The notes: generated by a model not told the origin, from the sequence alone. DNA of 64,000 nucleotides from Eledone cirrhosa (GCA_964016885.1 OZ024754.1:1364001-1428000); one strand, 5' to 3'; shown: positions 20,001 to 32,665, counted from the stretch's first letter. Translations and numbers: made by a program.

Positions 20001-20385
20001 ATATATATCTAAGAATGTAAGTTATGCCATATAGGTAGGCAACTAACAGGAATGCCAAGACGTCGTTAAAATGAATTGTTTTTGCCGTCTTTGGTTAGGT
20101 AGGTCGGACGGATGTGTTAGATAATTAGTTTAAAGGTCAAAGTTGACTGGACCATTTGAAAAGGTCAACATACGTCAGAGTTTGTGATGTTATCACAGAG
20201 AGAACGTCTTGTCTTCTATACACGTTAATATAATAGCGAAGAGGAGGGTGAAGCTGAAAGAAACAAGATGTAGAAGCTAAGTCATTGAGGTACCTGGTGC
20301 CATTTTAAGTGGTGTCATCCACAACAGTGATTCACAGACGTCGGAATTGTGTTATGTTGAAGGAGATCGACAAAGAACTATGATC

Positions 20386-20446
<61 letters not shown>

Positions 20447-21265
20447 TATTTTTTATTTGTTTGACCCGAATTACTTGATCGTTTTTTTTTTGGCTGTGCG
20501 AATGATTGTTTAACCATCGTCTCAGTGTGTTTGGCCTTTAACGTTTGTTATAGCTCTGGTTCATCTGAATCATTGAGCACTTGTCACACATCTCGGAGGT
20601 TGTTTTTCGTTATTTCGTGGGCCGAAATGCGATTCTCGATAATTTATATTTATATATATATATATATATGGGTGTGTGTGTGTGTATAGATATACATATA
20701 TATATGTGTGTGTAGATATACATATATGTGTGTGTGTTTGTGTAGATATATATATATGTGTGTGTGTATAGATATGCATAAATGTGTGTGTGTGTGTAGA
20801 TATATATATGCGTGTGTGTGTGTATATATATGTGTGTGTATGTGTGTGTATATATACATACATACACACACACACACACACATAATATGTGGCCAGGAGC
20901 CATATATTGTGTGTATATATCTATCTCTTGAATTCTGGCCAAGTTTATTTATTTTATACACACACCACACACACACACATATATATATGTATATATACAT
21001 ATGTATATATAATTGTGCTAAAAACATCCGATATATACATTAGATTGAAATCTATCGATCTATGTATATATATATATTGGGTATGTAAGCATGTTAGATG
21101 AAAATCACATTGTATATTGAAAATATGATGAATATTCTGAATGGGTTTTCGAAACTATTTGGGATCCCATCAGAGAATATGTACATCAAACAATCACAAG
21201 AAAATACGTAACTTCTGGTTTTGTAAAACCTTTTAAATGTAGTTGGAACCATTAAAGACCAATTT

Positions 21266-21320
<55 letters not shown>

Positions 21321-21440
21321 CACACGTCCTTCTCTGTAGATATACACACCATTACGTAGAGACGACACCCACCACCCTATTTCAACATAAATTGGTTCAA
21401 TAAATGTCACATTTAATTTAAGATTTTATTTCTCACCTTA

Positions 21441-21572
<132 letters not shown>

Positions 21573-21636
21573 GTATCTCGTTCGTATCTCTCTATACATT
21601 TCTGTGTCCTTCTTTATTTCTCTGTCTGTTTCATTG

Positions 21637-21674
<38 letters not shown>

Positions 21675-21730
21675 GATCGTATTCATTCTACAAAACTGTG
21701 TGTATATATGTATATATATATATATATATA

Positions 21731-21891
21731 GGAACATTTTAAACACCGACGACAGAGCTCAAGCTGTTTCCTTGTGGCTTGATCTCTGCCGTCGGGGTTA
21801 AACATTTTCCTACTACCCACTCTACTACCCTAAGTATTGAGTACTCTGGTGCGTTATGGTCCATCTGGTTCCTTACCACACTTCCTTCGTT
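21731..21891 (+). mobile_element. Fold-back element family A (hairpin with central deletion, plus tail)
   Basis: CCGACGACAGAGCTCAAGC..GCTTGATCTCTGCCGTCGG followed by the conserved tail TACCCACTCTACTACCCTAAGTATTGAGTACTCTGGTGCGTTATGGTCCATCTGGTTCCTTACCACA.TTCCTTCGTT; (TA)n on both sides. Confidence 0.88.
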
Positions 21892-21937
21892 GTATATATA
21901 AATATATATATATACATATACATCTATACATATTTCT

Positions 21938-22330
21938 AATTTGATTTTGAAAGTAGGTTAATAATAATCAATTTTCATTATGCTTTTGTAGCTGTCTCGG
22001 TGGTCTAGTCGGAGGAATCATAGACGGTGGTGATCCTGGTCTGAAGTTCGATCCTGGTCGGAGTAGAGTTCCCGGTAAACTTTTTCATTTTTTTTTCTAT
22101 GGGATGTAAAATGAAAACTGAAAAAAGATTTCATGTACCTCTTGACCAGGATTGAACCCAAGACCAGGATATCCAGCGTCACTAGTACCTACCGCTAGGC
22201 CACAGAGACAACTACGTAAATTAACAGAAAATTCATACATATAAACCTACTTTCAAAATCTTCGTGGTGTCGTTCATGTTTTTCTTAATGTTATTGCTCC
22301 TACTTAAGTTCAGCTAGATTCCCGCCATTC
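21938..22330 (+). mobile_element. Family B: inverted-repeat element with two convergent tRNA-like heads (copy 1)
   Basis: IR GATTTTGAAAGTAGGTT / AACCTACTTTCAAAATC. Plus strand: A box TGGTCTAGTCGG (22001) and B box AGTTCGATCC (22045). Minus strand: A box TGGCCTAGCGG (22192-22202) and B box GGTTCAATCC (22149-22158). Homologous to 49350-49816. Confidence 0.8.
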
Positions 22331-22344
22331 TAATACCGGTGGCT

Positions 22345-22405
22345 TAGTTCGGAACTAGCTGTCGAAACGGCCGGAGCTCAGCCGTCGGGGTCCTGACTCT
22401 TTTCC

Positions 22406-22406
<1 letters not shown>
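22345..22406. mobile_element. Fold-back element family A, single arm
   Basis: TAGTTCGGAACTAGCTGTCGAAACGGCCGGAGCTCAGCCGTCGGGGTCCTGACTCTTTTCCT. Confidence 0.85.
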
Positions 22407-22469
<63 letters not shown>

Positions 22470-23025
22470 GGAATGTATAGTTATTTTAGGTCATATTTTC
22501 AAAAATATATTATTAAATCAGGTCACTTGCCATGCACTTCTATCAGGATGGAAAGGATAATAATCCATTTGAATGTATTCAGACAATTTTAATTGTGTGA
22601 TATATAAATAACTAAAGGCCAGGTCTATACTTTAGCGGGCGGGGATCAAATATAGCGCCTCAGGTCGTATTTAGAGAGAATATTAAGTTTTAAAATAACA
22701 ATTGGTTTGGGTGACTGCAGTTTTGAGTCAATACCTCAGACAATTCCTAGTTCGTGATATGCATAGTGAAATATTGTCAGTGTCCCAGTTTCACCTTCAG
22801 AAAGTCTACAGGGATCAAGTTATATAATTAGTTAAGAGGGAATTAACGGTGATTGTCACACATAAGTGACAACAAATTAGAACAGTATTGATTAAATTTG
22901 TCAGAGATTTCCCTTCATAGGATAATTGAGTAAAATATTTAGTGAGGGGTAAGGCACGATATTGTACGACAGATACTTTGTGTGCTAAACAGCTTCTTCC
23001 TTACCAAACGTAAATATATGTTATT

Positions 23026-24195
23026 GTATAACAGAGATGTATATAATATATAATGGTGTATATAGATGTATAATAGAGATGTATATAATATATAATGATG
23101 TATATAGATGTATAATAGAGACATAGATAATATATAATGGTGTATATTGATGTATATAGATGTATAATAGCGATATATATAATATATAATGGTGTATATA
23201 GATGTATAACAGAGATGTATATAATATATAATGGTGTATATAGATGTATAATAGAGATGTATATAATATATACTGATGTATATAGATGTATAATAGAGAT
23301 ATATATAATATATAATGATGTATATAGATGTATAATAGAGATGTATATAATATATAATGATGTATATAGATGTATAATAGAGATATATATAATATATAAT
23401 GGTGTATATAGATGAATAATAGAGATGTATATAATATATAATGATGTATATAGATGTATAATAGATATATATATAATATATAATGATGTATATAGATGTA
23501 TAATAGAGATATATATAATATATAATGATGTATATAGATGTATAATAGAGATATATATAATATATAATGATGTATATAGATGTAAAATAGAGATATATAT
23601 AATATATAATTGTTTCTACTTTAGGCACAAGGCCAGCAATTACCCAGTGCATTACTGGTACTTTATTTTATCGACCCCGTAAGGATGAAAGGCAAAGTCA
23701 ACCTCGGCGGGATTTGAACTCAGATCGTAAAGGGACGTAACTATGCTGGAAAGCATGGCGTCCGACCCTCTACCAATACTGCCAATCCATATATATAATA
23801 TATAATGATGTATATAGATGTATAATAGAGATATATATATAATATATAATGATGTATATAGATGTATAATAGAGATGTATATAATATATAATGATGTATA
23901 TAGATGTATAATAGAGATGTATATAATATATAATGATGTATATAGATGTATAATAGAGATATATATAATATATAATGATGTATATAGATGTATAATAGAG
24001 ATATATATATAATATATAATGATGTATATAGATGTATAATAGAGATGTATATAATATATAATGATGTATATAGATGTATAATAGAGATATATATAATATA
24101 TAATGATGTATATAGATGTATAATAGAGATATATATATATAATATATAATGATGTATATAGATGTATAATAGAGATATATAACGATGAATAATAG
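23026..24195. repeat. About 42-bp AT-rich minisatellite (ATATAATATATAATGATGTATATAGATGTATAATAGAGATGT), interrupted by a SINE
   Basis: Period 42 (23041 to 23083); more than 20 units across both sides of 23607-23788. Confidence 0.95.
23607..23788 (-). mobile_element. SINE family C, full-length short variant
   Basis: Minus strand: TTGGCAGTATTGG (A box) ... GAGTTCAAATCC (B box) ... core ... AGTAGAAACAATTA. Confidence 0.93.
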
Positions 24196-24200
24196 AGAAA

Positions 24201-24410
24201 TATTGGTTTCGCATTTAGGCACAAGGCCAACAATTTGGGGGAAGGGGAAAGTCGATTAAATCAACCCCAGTACATTACTGGTACTTTATTTTATCGACCC
24301 CGTAAGGATGAAAGGCAAAGTTAACCTCGGCGGGATTTGAACTCAGAACGTAAAGGGCCATAACTCTATGCTGCAAAGCATGGTGTCTGACGCTCTACCG
24401 AGTCTGCCAA
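24201..24410 (-). mobile_element. SINE family C, full-length long variant
   Basis: Includes the GGGGAAAGTCGATTAAATCAACCCC segment that short copies lack. Confidence 0.92.
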
Positions 24411-24854
24411 TGTAAAGTCGTTAGGTCCAACAGATAATATATGAGTGAATGATTTTAAAACTGGATTTAAAGATCCCAGAATTATTCCTCCAGAAATTTA
24501 TAGTAATTTGTTGTTCTTTTGGCAATTTCTCAAATCAAACTAAAAACTCTGCACTTAATCGCAGTACTGTGTGTTGCTCTGCCTGCCTGCCTGCCTGCCT
24601 GTTTGTATGTATGTATGTATGTATGTATGTATGTATGTATGTATGTATGTATGTATGTATGTATGTATGTATGTATGTACGTATGTACGTATGTATGTAT
24701 GTATGTATGTATGTATATGTATTTACGTATGTATGCATATATATATATATGTATGCATATATATATATATATATATATGTATGTATATATATATATATGT
24801 ATGTATATGAAATAACAGGAGGCTGGACTGGTGTAAATCCTTGAAAGGTTTATT

Positions 24855-24912
24855 ATACTATTATCATTTCAATGGCCGCGTTCCATATGACTCCGGTGAT
24901 ATCATCAGGTAT
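24855..24912 (-). ncRNA. Inverted copy of the hammerhead-like motif
   Basis: Reverse complement of 25202-25259 with 3 substitutions outside the CTGATGA/GAAA core. Confidence 0.5.
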
Positions 24913-25201
24913 TGGAATATAACAAAGGAATATATATAATGATGTATATAGATGTATAATAGAGATGTATATAATATATAATGATGTATATAGATGTATA
25001 ATAGAGATGTATATAATATATAATTGTTTCTACTTTAGGCACAAGGCCAGCAATTACCCAGTGCATTACTTCACAGCCAGCTGCCCTCAAAGGGCGGCTG
25101 GCTGTGAAGCTAGTTGGTCAGCCGCCGTTTCTGTCTCTGGTTTCTCGGACCCAAGGTTTTTCGGACCCATGGCTTTTTACATATTCCTTTGTTATATTCC
25201 A

Positions 25202-25259
25202 ATACCTGATGATATCACCGGATTCATATGGAACCCGGCCATTGAAATGATCATAGTAT
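25202..25259 (+). ncRNA. Type I hammerhead ribozyme-like motif
   Basis: ATAC-CTGATGA-[TATCACCGGATTCATATGGAACCCGGCCATT]-GAAA-TGATCA-TA-GTAT: 4-bp stem I, intact core, palindromic minimal stem III, AUA site. The base of stem II is imperfect. Confidence 0.6.
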
Positions 25260-25454
25260 AATAAACCTTTCAAGGATTTACACCAGTCCAGCCTCCTGTT
25301 ACTTCATTTATAATTAACTCCGTATTCGCACCACCAACTACACAAATGAAGATGGGTGAACTGCACTGCGTTGAGTACTCTTCACAATATTACACCAGCA
25401 TTGACCATACGGAATGACCAGTTCTATCCAATGGTGAACCAACAAACTTTAAGA

Positions 25455-25492
<38 letters not shown>

Positions 25493-25559
25493 GTATTGAA
25501 GTTTGCTTGAAGCATTGTGGAATAATAACATTTTTTGTTTTGTCGTTTTGGAAGCCTCA

Positions 25560-25950
25560 ACAATGCAGATGGGTAAATCTCCGGGTAACAGAATCCGGTG
25601 GCGAAGAGAGAGATATAAGGGAATGTAGAATGAGATGTATAGTGTGTAGAGGAACGTAGGAAAGAGCGTAAAAAATAAATATAATAGCACGAGATAGAGT
25701 TACCTTGGGAGAGATTTAATTGTCTCTATATTTCGGATTCGCATCCGTCAACTGGTGACTTTTCGGGGGGGGGGGGGGGGGGGGGGTTATCTGTCGGAGA
25801 GGAACGGTACGTGGCCTCTGTTGTCCGCTGTTTGTGTGTAACTGAGGTATTCTGTAGAGCGCATGTGCGCGTGGAATAGGTGTGGTCAAGCCAAGGTCAA
25901 AGCAGCTCCTTATAATTGTGGGAGTGGGGTGGAGTTAGCTGTCAATCCAT
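25560..25950 (-). mobile_element. Decayed Penelope-like 3' end/pLTR with a degenerate hammerhead (25722-25759)
   Basis: Minus strand GTCAC-CAGTTGA-C-GGAT-GCGA-ATCC-GAAA-TATA-GAGAC (stem II intact, core mutated). About 120 bp upstream lies a segment similar to 56447-56470. Confidence 0.45.
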
Positions 25951-26194
25951 TGTACTACCTATATGTACTGGTCTTTGGTCCACCAGCGAATGAGGTCTGG
26001 GCTCTTGTCGCTCGATCAGAGCAGAGCAGCAACAGTTGTACAGATTGATTACAGCTAGCAACAACTGACATCTTTCTTTGTCATGAAAGCTAGAATTATT
26101 TTTCATTCCTCTAAAGATGATAGGTAACAAAGTGGAATTACAAAGAAAGAGACTCAACATTATCACTTTCGTTTGTGAGAAATAGCAAACAACA

Positions 26195-26311
26195 TACTTT
26201 ATTTCATCGATCTAGAGAGGATGAAAATACAAATTGAGCTTGTCGGGATTTGAACTAAAAATAGAAATAGCGCAAGTTATATAGTCCAACGCTCAAACGA
26301 TTCTACCAATC
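26195..26311 (-). mobile_element. Old degenerate SINE C-related copy (others at 11124-11190 +, 18335-18420 +, 26790-26900 +, 28380-28455 -, 40855-40950 -, 56310-56392 +)
   Basis: ATCGA...GGATGAAA...GGATTTGAACT core is recognisable. Confidence 0.65.
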
Positions 26312-26505
26312 GTCTAGGACAATGGATATATAAAACACTTAAATAATGAGGCATTATTATTTCCAGCGAAAGCAATAACGTCGGTATCTGCAACCTCAAC
26401 AGCAACCATGATTGATATGTAAAATCTGGCATCTGTCATAGTTAAGTAGCTTGAACTTTGTCTTTCAAAGATCTAACGGTGTAGTGAAGTGGCCTAACGG
26501 GCTAG

Positions 26506-26559
<54 letters not shown>

Positions 26560-26591
26560 TTTTATATATTTTATATATATCTATATTTTTA

Positions 26592-26652
<61 letters not shown>

Positions 26653-27586
26653 TCAAGAATAGACAAGACAAACACAGAGATACAAAGACACAAAGACATA
26701 TATGTATGTATGTGTATCTATGTATAGATCTGTGTATATACGTATGTATATACGTGTGTGTATACATAAGGTGGTTTATTTGGCGGGTTTATTTGGCAGG
26801 TTGATACTTGTACGGTGTCTCTACGTTCTGGGTTAACATCCTGCCAAGATCCACTTTACCTTTCCCCATTTGAGGATCGGTAAAACATTGGTATCCCAAT
26901 ACTAGTGCAGCCCTCACTATTTCCAGCTGTTACCCCTTCGATGTTCCTCTGACTTAAATGTGGGAGAGTCGAGACGGTCACTGTATTTTCTCACGACTGT
27001 ATGGACACCTAAAATCATAAGCCTACACAATACGTAGATACATCTCTTCGTAGTCGCTTGACTTACTAGAAATAACAAATAATTATCCCTCAAATTACAA
27101 TCTACTGCTTTAAATAAGAGACTGAACGTTCCACAGACACGTGTAGTCAATGTAATTCTCAGGAAATTTTGACTTCGAGGGTACTTTAACTCAGATGATA
27201 GGAAACAAAATAGCACAAAGCATTTTTGTCCGACACTCTAACGATCCTGACAATTCTTTGCCCTTATATCTCTCATTAAAATTAGTCGCCTCCTCATATA
27301 TGGCTGAAAATTTGCTAAAGCTGGCTCAAGTCATTAGCACTTAAGATGTCGTCTGCTTGCTATTAGTTAGTGCAACATTGACTCAATAAACACCCATTGT
27401 CATATCTATACACCAAATTATCTCTGCTGTGCATCCAACTAGAAAACAAAGAACCACCATGTAGAAATCTTAACGCCAACTAAATATTTCCCTTTGAAGT
27501 CTTTTCCGACATGAAATTGCTTTCTGTATATATATATACAGTATATATATATATATATATACAGTATATATATATATATATATACA

Positions 27587-27642
<56 letters not shown>

Positions 27643-27646
27643 TATA

Positions 27647-27687
<41 letters not shown>

Positions 27688-27691
27688 TATA

Positions 27692-27734
<43 letters not shown>

Positions 27735-28562
27735 TATATATATATACACACAAACACACACACATGTGTATATATATATATATGTGTGTGTATATATATA
27801 TTACACACACACTCATATATATATTGTTTTAATGGTTTCACTCATCAGATTGCGGAGGACACTCAGGGGCGCCTTCTTGAAGGAATCTAGTCAGAATATT
27901 GATCCCTGTATCGATCCCTATAGTTCATGTCTGGTATTTATTTCATTGATCTTTATTATCGCATTGCGAGGATATACAGAAACACTCATTCACACAAACA
28001 CACATACACACACACAGACACACACACACAGACACAGATACACACACACACACACACACACAGACACACAGACACACACAGACACAGATACACACACAAA
28101 CACACAGACACGCAATCACACAAACACACGCACATTCACACAAACACAGACACAAATACACACACACAAATACACACAGACACTTGGACGTTTAAACCTG
28201 GCGCTGCTCAGTCCGTCGCCTAGCCTGAACAAAGTCTATTTCATCCAAAGAAGGGGAGAGATGGGAGGTGAGAGAGGGGGTGATAGGGAGGAGGTGATTG
28301 GAGAGGTGAGGCGGGTGAGAGAGGGGGGTGGGTGAGGCATAGGTATAGAGGAAATATCAATCCTACACCTGGATTTGTATATTTTTTTTATCGATCTCGA
28401 TAAAAAATATACAAGGATAAAAAACGAAGTTGACATCGGCAGGATTTGAACTCATAAAACCCCAAACAGGAATACCACATCTCTCTCTGTCTCACTCACA
28501 CACTCTCTCTCTCTCTGTCTCACTCACACACACTCTTTCTCTGTCTGTCTCACTCACACACA

Positions 28563-28612
<50 letters not shown>

Positions 28613-28772
28613 GTGTGCCTGTATATATATATATATGTATGTATGAATATGCATGTGTATGTATGTATGTGTATATATATATATAGTGAAAGAGTGAAGA
28701 ATAAGATGGTCAACAGTACAAAAAGGGTTTTATTTAATATATTTTTATTCTGTAATTGAATTTCTCTGCTTC

Positions 28773-29110
28773 AGATGATGATGATGATAAGGATGGTGAT
28801 GACTGTGGTGGTGGTGGTAGTTGTAGTGGTGATGGAGGCGGCGGTGGTGATGGTGGCAGTAGTGGGAGTAACGGTGGCACTTGTGATAGAGACAGTGGTG
28901 ATAGTAGTGGCGGTGGTGGTGGTGGGGGGAAGGTGGTTGTGGCGGCGGTGGTGGTAGTAGTAGTAGTGGTGGTGGTGGTGGTGGTAGTAGTAGTAGGAGT
29001 GGTGATGGTGGTGGGGGATGGTAGTGGTGGTGGTAGTAGTAGTGGTGGTGGTGGTGGTGGCGGTGGTGGTGGTAGTAGTGGTGGTGATGGTGGCGGTGGT
29101 GGTGGTGTGA
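28773..29110. repeat. (GGT/AGT/GAT)n trinucleotide low-complexity tract
   Basis: Directly visible; gives spurious poly-G/V/P/T ORFs. Confidence 0.92.
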
Positions 29111-29243
29111 GTGATAACATTGATAGCGATGGTGACGCCGATTAAGTTGTTGATAACACCGATGAAATGTGCGGAGGTGGAAGTGAGAGAGAGAGAGTGA
29201 GATGGATAGTTATATAGATAGATAGAGAGAGAGTGATGGATAG

Positions 29244-29328
<85 letters not shown>

Positions 29329-29602
29329 ACAATAAAGAGAGAATGAAGATGTGAGATATATAGATTGGCAAGAAAATTCTTTGACGAGATGAGACCGAGA
29401 AGTGAGACGGACTTATACGAGGTTAATAAGTGCAAATTATATTCCCCCCTCCCTCCTCTTTCTCACCTCCTACCATCCCCTCATTACCCCCCCTCCCTAT
29501 TGGTTCTATATTCCTCTATCTTCGTTACGTTCTTATACTGACATTAATCAATCCAGCTGTATTCATTGAGAGAATCTGTCTTCATCACATATCTTGACCT
29601 AA

Positions 29603-29690
29603 TCTTTATATTGACCTGACCCACTTTTAAACCCCCGGCTTCATCTCTTTATATTGACCTGACCCAGTTTTTAACCCCCGGCTTCATCTC
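29603..29690. repeat. Tandem duplication of a 43-bp unit
   Basis: TCTTTATATTGACCTGACCCA.TTTT.AACCCCCGGCTTCATC at 29603 and 29646. Confidence 0.9.
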
Positions 29691-30417
29691 CGCCATTTTC
29701 ATGTCAACTCAGCTTTCTTCTTCTTTTCTTTTCTTTTTTTTTCTTAAATTTTTTTTTTTTTTTTTCAAAAAGAAATTTTTTTTTCAAGCATAGAAACATT
29801 ATTATGTTTTATGTAATGGTATTACATAAACCACTGGATGGTAGTAATGGTGGTGGTGGTGGTTGTGGTGGTGGGGGTTGTGGTGTTGGTGGGGGTTGTA
29901 TAGTGACGGGGGACAGTGGGGAGATTGTAGAATTGATGTGAATAATATATATATATATATATATACAGACACACACATATACATATATATGATGTGTGGG
30001 GTTTGTGGGTATACATTTATAATATAAATATATGTGTGTATATGATAATGTGTTTGTGTCTATATATATACGCACACACACATATATATATATATATGTG
30101 TGTGTAGTTAGAAGAGAGAAATTTTGATCTACTTAGAGTATCGAGGTTGTGATTCTATAGATAAAAAATGAATTTCTCTTGACTCAAAGAACCAAGAGAA
30201 AAACACGCCTGCTCTGTCTTGCTACTGACCTAGAAAACTGTTTTTATTTTTATTTTCATCATAGTAAAAAATATTACTAAACATAGAATTGCAGACTGTG
30301 TATAAAAGTGGAATTTAAAAATTCTGAGTATTACCAGAATTATAGGAATTAAACTGGTTTTGGAGGGCCGTATCTGGACAACCCTTAATACAGTCGCGCT
30401 CGGTCTTGCAGCATTAT

Positions 30418-30610
30418 GTGAAAAAGTTCATAGGTTGACCATGACATAGTGATGTTAGAGCTGTGAAGTCTTGCATGCAATAATTTTAACTTTTCTTATT
30501 AATAATTGCATTGTTTCTTTCAAAGGGACAATGTTGAAAAATAAATCTTGTTTGGTCATTCCATGAGAGTATCTTGGTCAGCCTATGAACATTTCAGCCT
30601 ATTCTTGTAC
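30418..30610. mobile_element. Tc1/mariner-type MITE (family F), copy 1
   Basis: TIR AAGTTCATAGGTTGACCA / TGGTCAGCCTATGAACA; the interior matches 42394-42580 in the opposite orientation. Confidence 0.75.
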
Positions 30611-30671
30611 GTTAGCTAAACTTGGCAAATATAGTTTCCAAATTACACTCACACACGCATGAATATATGTT

Positions 30672-30714
<43 letters not shown>

Positions 30715-30740
30715 ATATATATATATATATACATACACAC

Positions 30741-30792
<52 letters not shown>

Positions 30793-31475
30793 TATATTAT
30801 ATTTTGAGATTAAACTCTCAGTCGTTTACAATAAATCAGCTCCAAGAAAGGGGCATTTCCGAGCAGTTAAATACATTAATATATATGATAAACACAAAAC
30901 GTGTTTGCATTGTAACAGACAAAGTTAGCTATTAATGAAATAAACTAATTAAAGTGAATACAATTTGTCTGTCTCGATATAAGTCAATAAAGACAAGCTT
31001 ATATTGGCAAAGGCCGTGATTCTTGGACAAATCTAAATTTCAAAATCCAATGAATTTGAACTTCGAAACCTAAATATGTTTCGCAACGATGGTACATGAA
31101 TTGAAAAATAAAGAGAATCGAAATGGAATTGAAATAAAAAGTGAAATATCCAAATCTTCTGTGCTTATCAACAGGAACCCAGTAAAATGAGTACATTTCA
31201 GCATCAAAAATGTTGCAGGTCTGACTACACGTGTGTGTAGCCAGGCCAAACTAGCCTTCCCGGTGCTAGAAATAACAGCCGTTTATGCGGGATTAAAGAT
31301 CAGCTCTACAGTTAAGGAGCAATATACTATATTATATTTTGAGATTAAACTCTCTTGTTTATCATATATATATTATATATACACACACACATTATATATA
31401 TATATATATATAATGTGTGTGTGTATATATATATGTATACGTGTGTATGTATATATATATATATATATATATATA

Positions 31476-31654
31476 GAAGAAAGTATGACCTCGACGGCAG
31501 AGCTCAAGCCGTTTCGACGGTCCAGAAATAGCCGTCGAAACGGCTTGAGCTCTGCCGTCGGGGTCATACTTTCTCCTATTACCCACTCTACTACCCTAAG
31601 TATTGAGTACTCTGGTGCGTTATGGTCCATCTGGTTCCTTACCACAATTCCTTC

Positions 31655-31657
<3 letters not shown>
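31476..31657 (+). mobile_element. Fold-back element family A (hairpin plus tail)
   Basis: AAGTATGACCTCGACGGCAGAGCTCAAGCCGTTTCGACGG / CCGTCGAAACGGCTTGAGCTCTGCCGTCGGGGTCATACTT plus the conserved tail; (TA)n flanks. Confidence 0.9.
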
Positions 31658-31701
<44 letters not shown>

Positions 31702-31845
31702 GAAACGAATCTCTGTATCCAATTATATGTGGTCACATGAAAGAATAAGACATTAAAGTAGAAGAAAGTGGTGTGACATCTCATAACACTAAAGTTATCT
31801 ATACGGTCATCACGTTCACTGTTCTGTGGCTGTGTGCACAGGCCC

Positions 31846-31847
<2 letters not shown>

Positions 31848-31892
<45 letters not shown>

Positions 31893-32332
31893 TATGTATG
31901 TATGTGTATATATATATATATATAAATATATGTATGTATGTGTATATATAAATATATATATGTATGTGTGTGTGTATATAAGTATGTATATATATATATA
32001 TATATATATAAATATATGTATGTATGTGTATATATATATATATATAAATATATGTATGTATGTGTATATATAAATATATATATGTATGTGTGTGTGTATA
32101 TAAGTATGTATATATATATATATATATATATATAAATATATGTATGTATGTGTATATATATATATATGTATGTATGTGTATATATATATATATGTATGTA
32201 TGTGTATATATATATATATGTATGTATGTGTATATATATATATATGTATGTATGTGTATATATATATATGTATGTATGTGTATATATAAATATATGTATG
32301 TATGTGTATATATATATATATAAATATGTATG

Positions 32333-32408
<76 letters not shown>
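31848..32408. repeat. (TA)n/TATG compound array
   Basis: Directly visible. Confidence 0.95.
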
Positions 32409-32511
32409 ATGAGTGTGTGTTAATGTGTTACTTTATAAATGCAGTGATCTGGAAATGGAGGTCAGTTTAACTACTTGTCTAATCTCAGTGACCAACCCAG
32501 ATCACTGATCG

Positions 32512-32566
<55 letters not shown>

Positions 32567-32568
32567 TG

Positions 32569-32665
32569 TCTGAGTTCAAATCCCGCCGAGGTTAACTTTG
32601 CCTTTCATCCTTACGGGGATGATAAAATAAAGTACCAGTAATGTACTGGTAAATTGTAGAAACAT
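32569..32665 (+). mobile_element. SINE family C, 5'-truncated
   Basis: CTGAGTTCAAATCCCGCCGAGG...GTACCAGTAATGTACTGG. Confidence 0.9.

Larger units (their letters stand above)
24807..25307. mobile_element. Inverted-repeat structure (127-bp arms at 24807-24933 and 25181-25307), probably a Penelope-like pLTR inversion
   Basis: Arms are reverse complements with about 4 mismatches; each has a hammerhead-like core; central GC hairpin at 25069-25109. Confidence 0.75.

Noticed and set aside
20030-20370. Possible very old LINE 3' region
   Set aside because: Only vague peptide resemblance; not supportable by eye.
21991-22212. Genuine tRNA genes
   Set aside because: A/B boxes are present, but I could not fold a convincing cloverleaf or assign an anticodon; they lie inside a repeated element.
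27831-27851. Minus-strand CTGATGA-GT-GAAAC
   Set aside because: No stem II and no UH site; chance or a deleted relic.
28734-29145. Pro-rich / Gly-rich ORFs
   Set aside because: Trinucleotide low-complexity tract open on both strands.
29560-29705. YY1-like CCGCCATTTT / minus-strand ATG start with TGACCT half-sites
   Set aside because: The reading frame stops after 17 codons; the motif repetition is explained by the 43-bp duplication.
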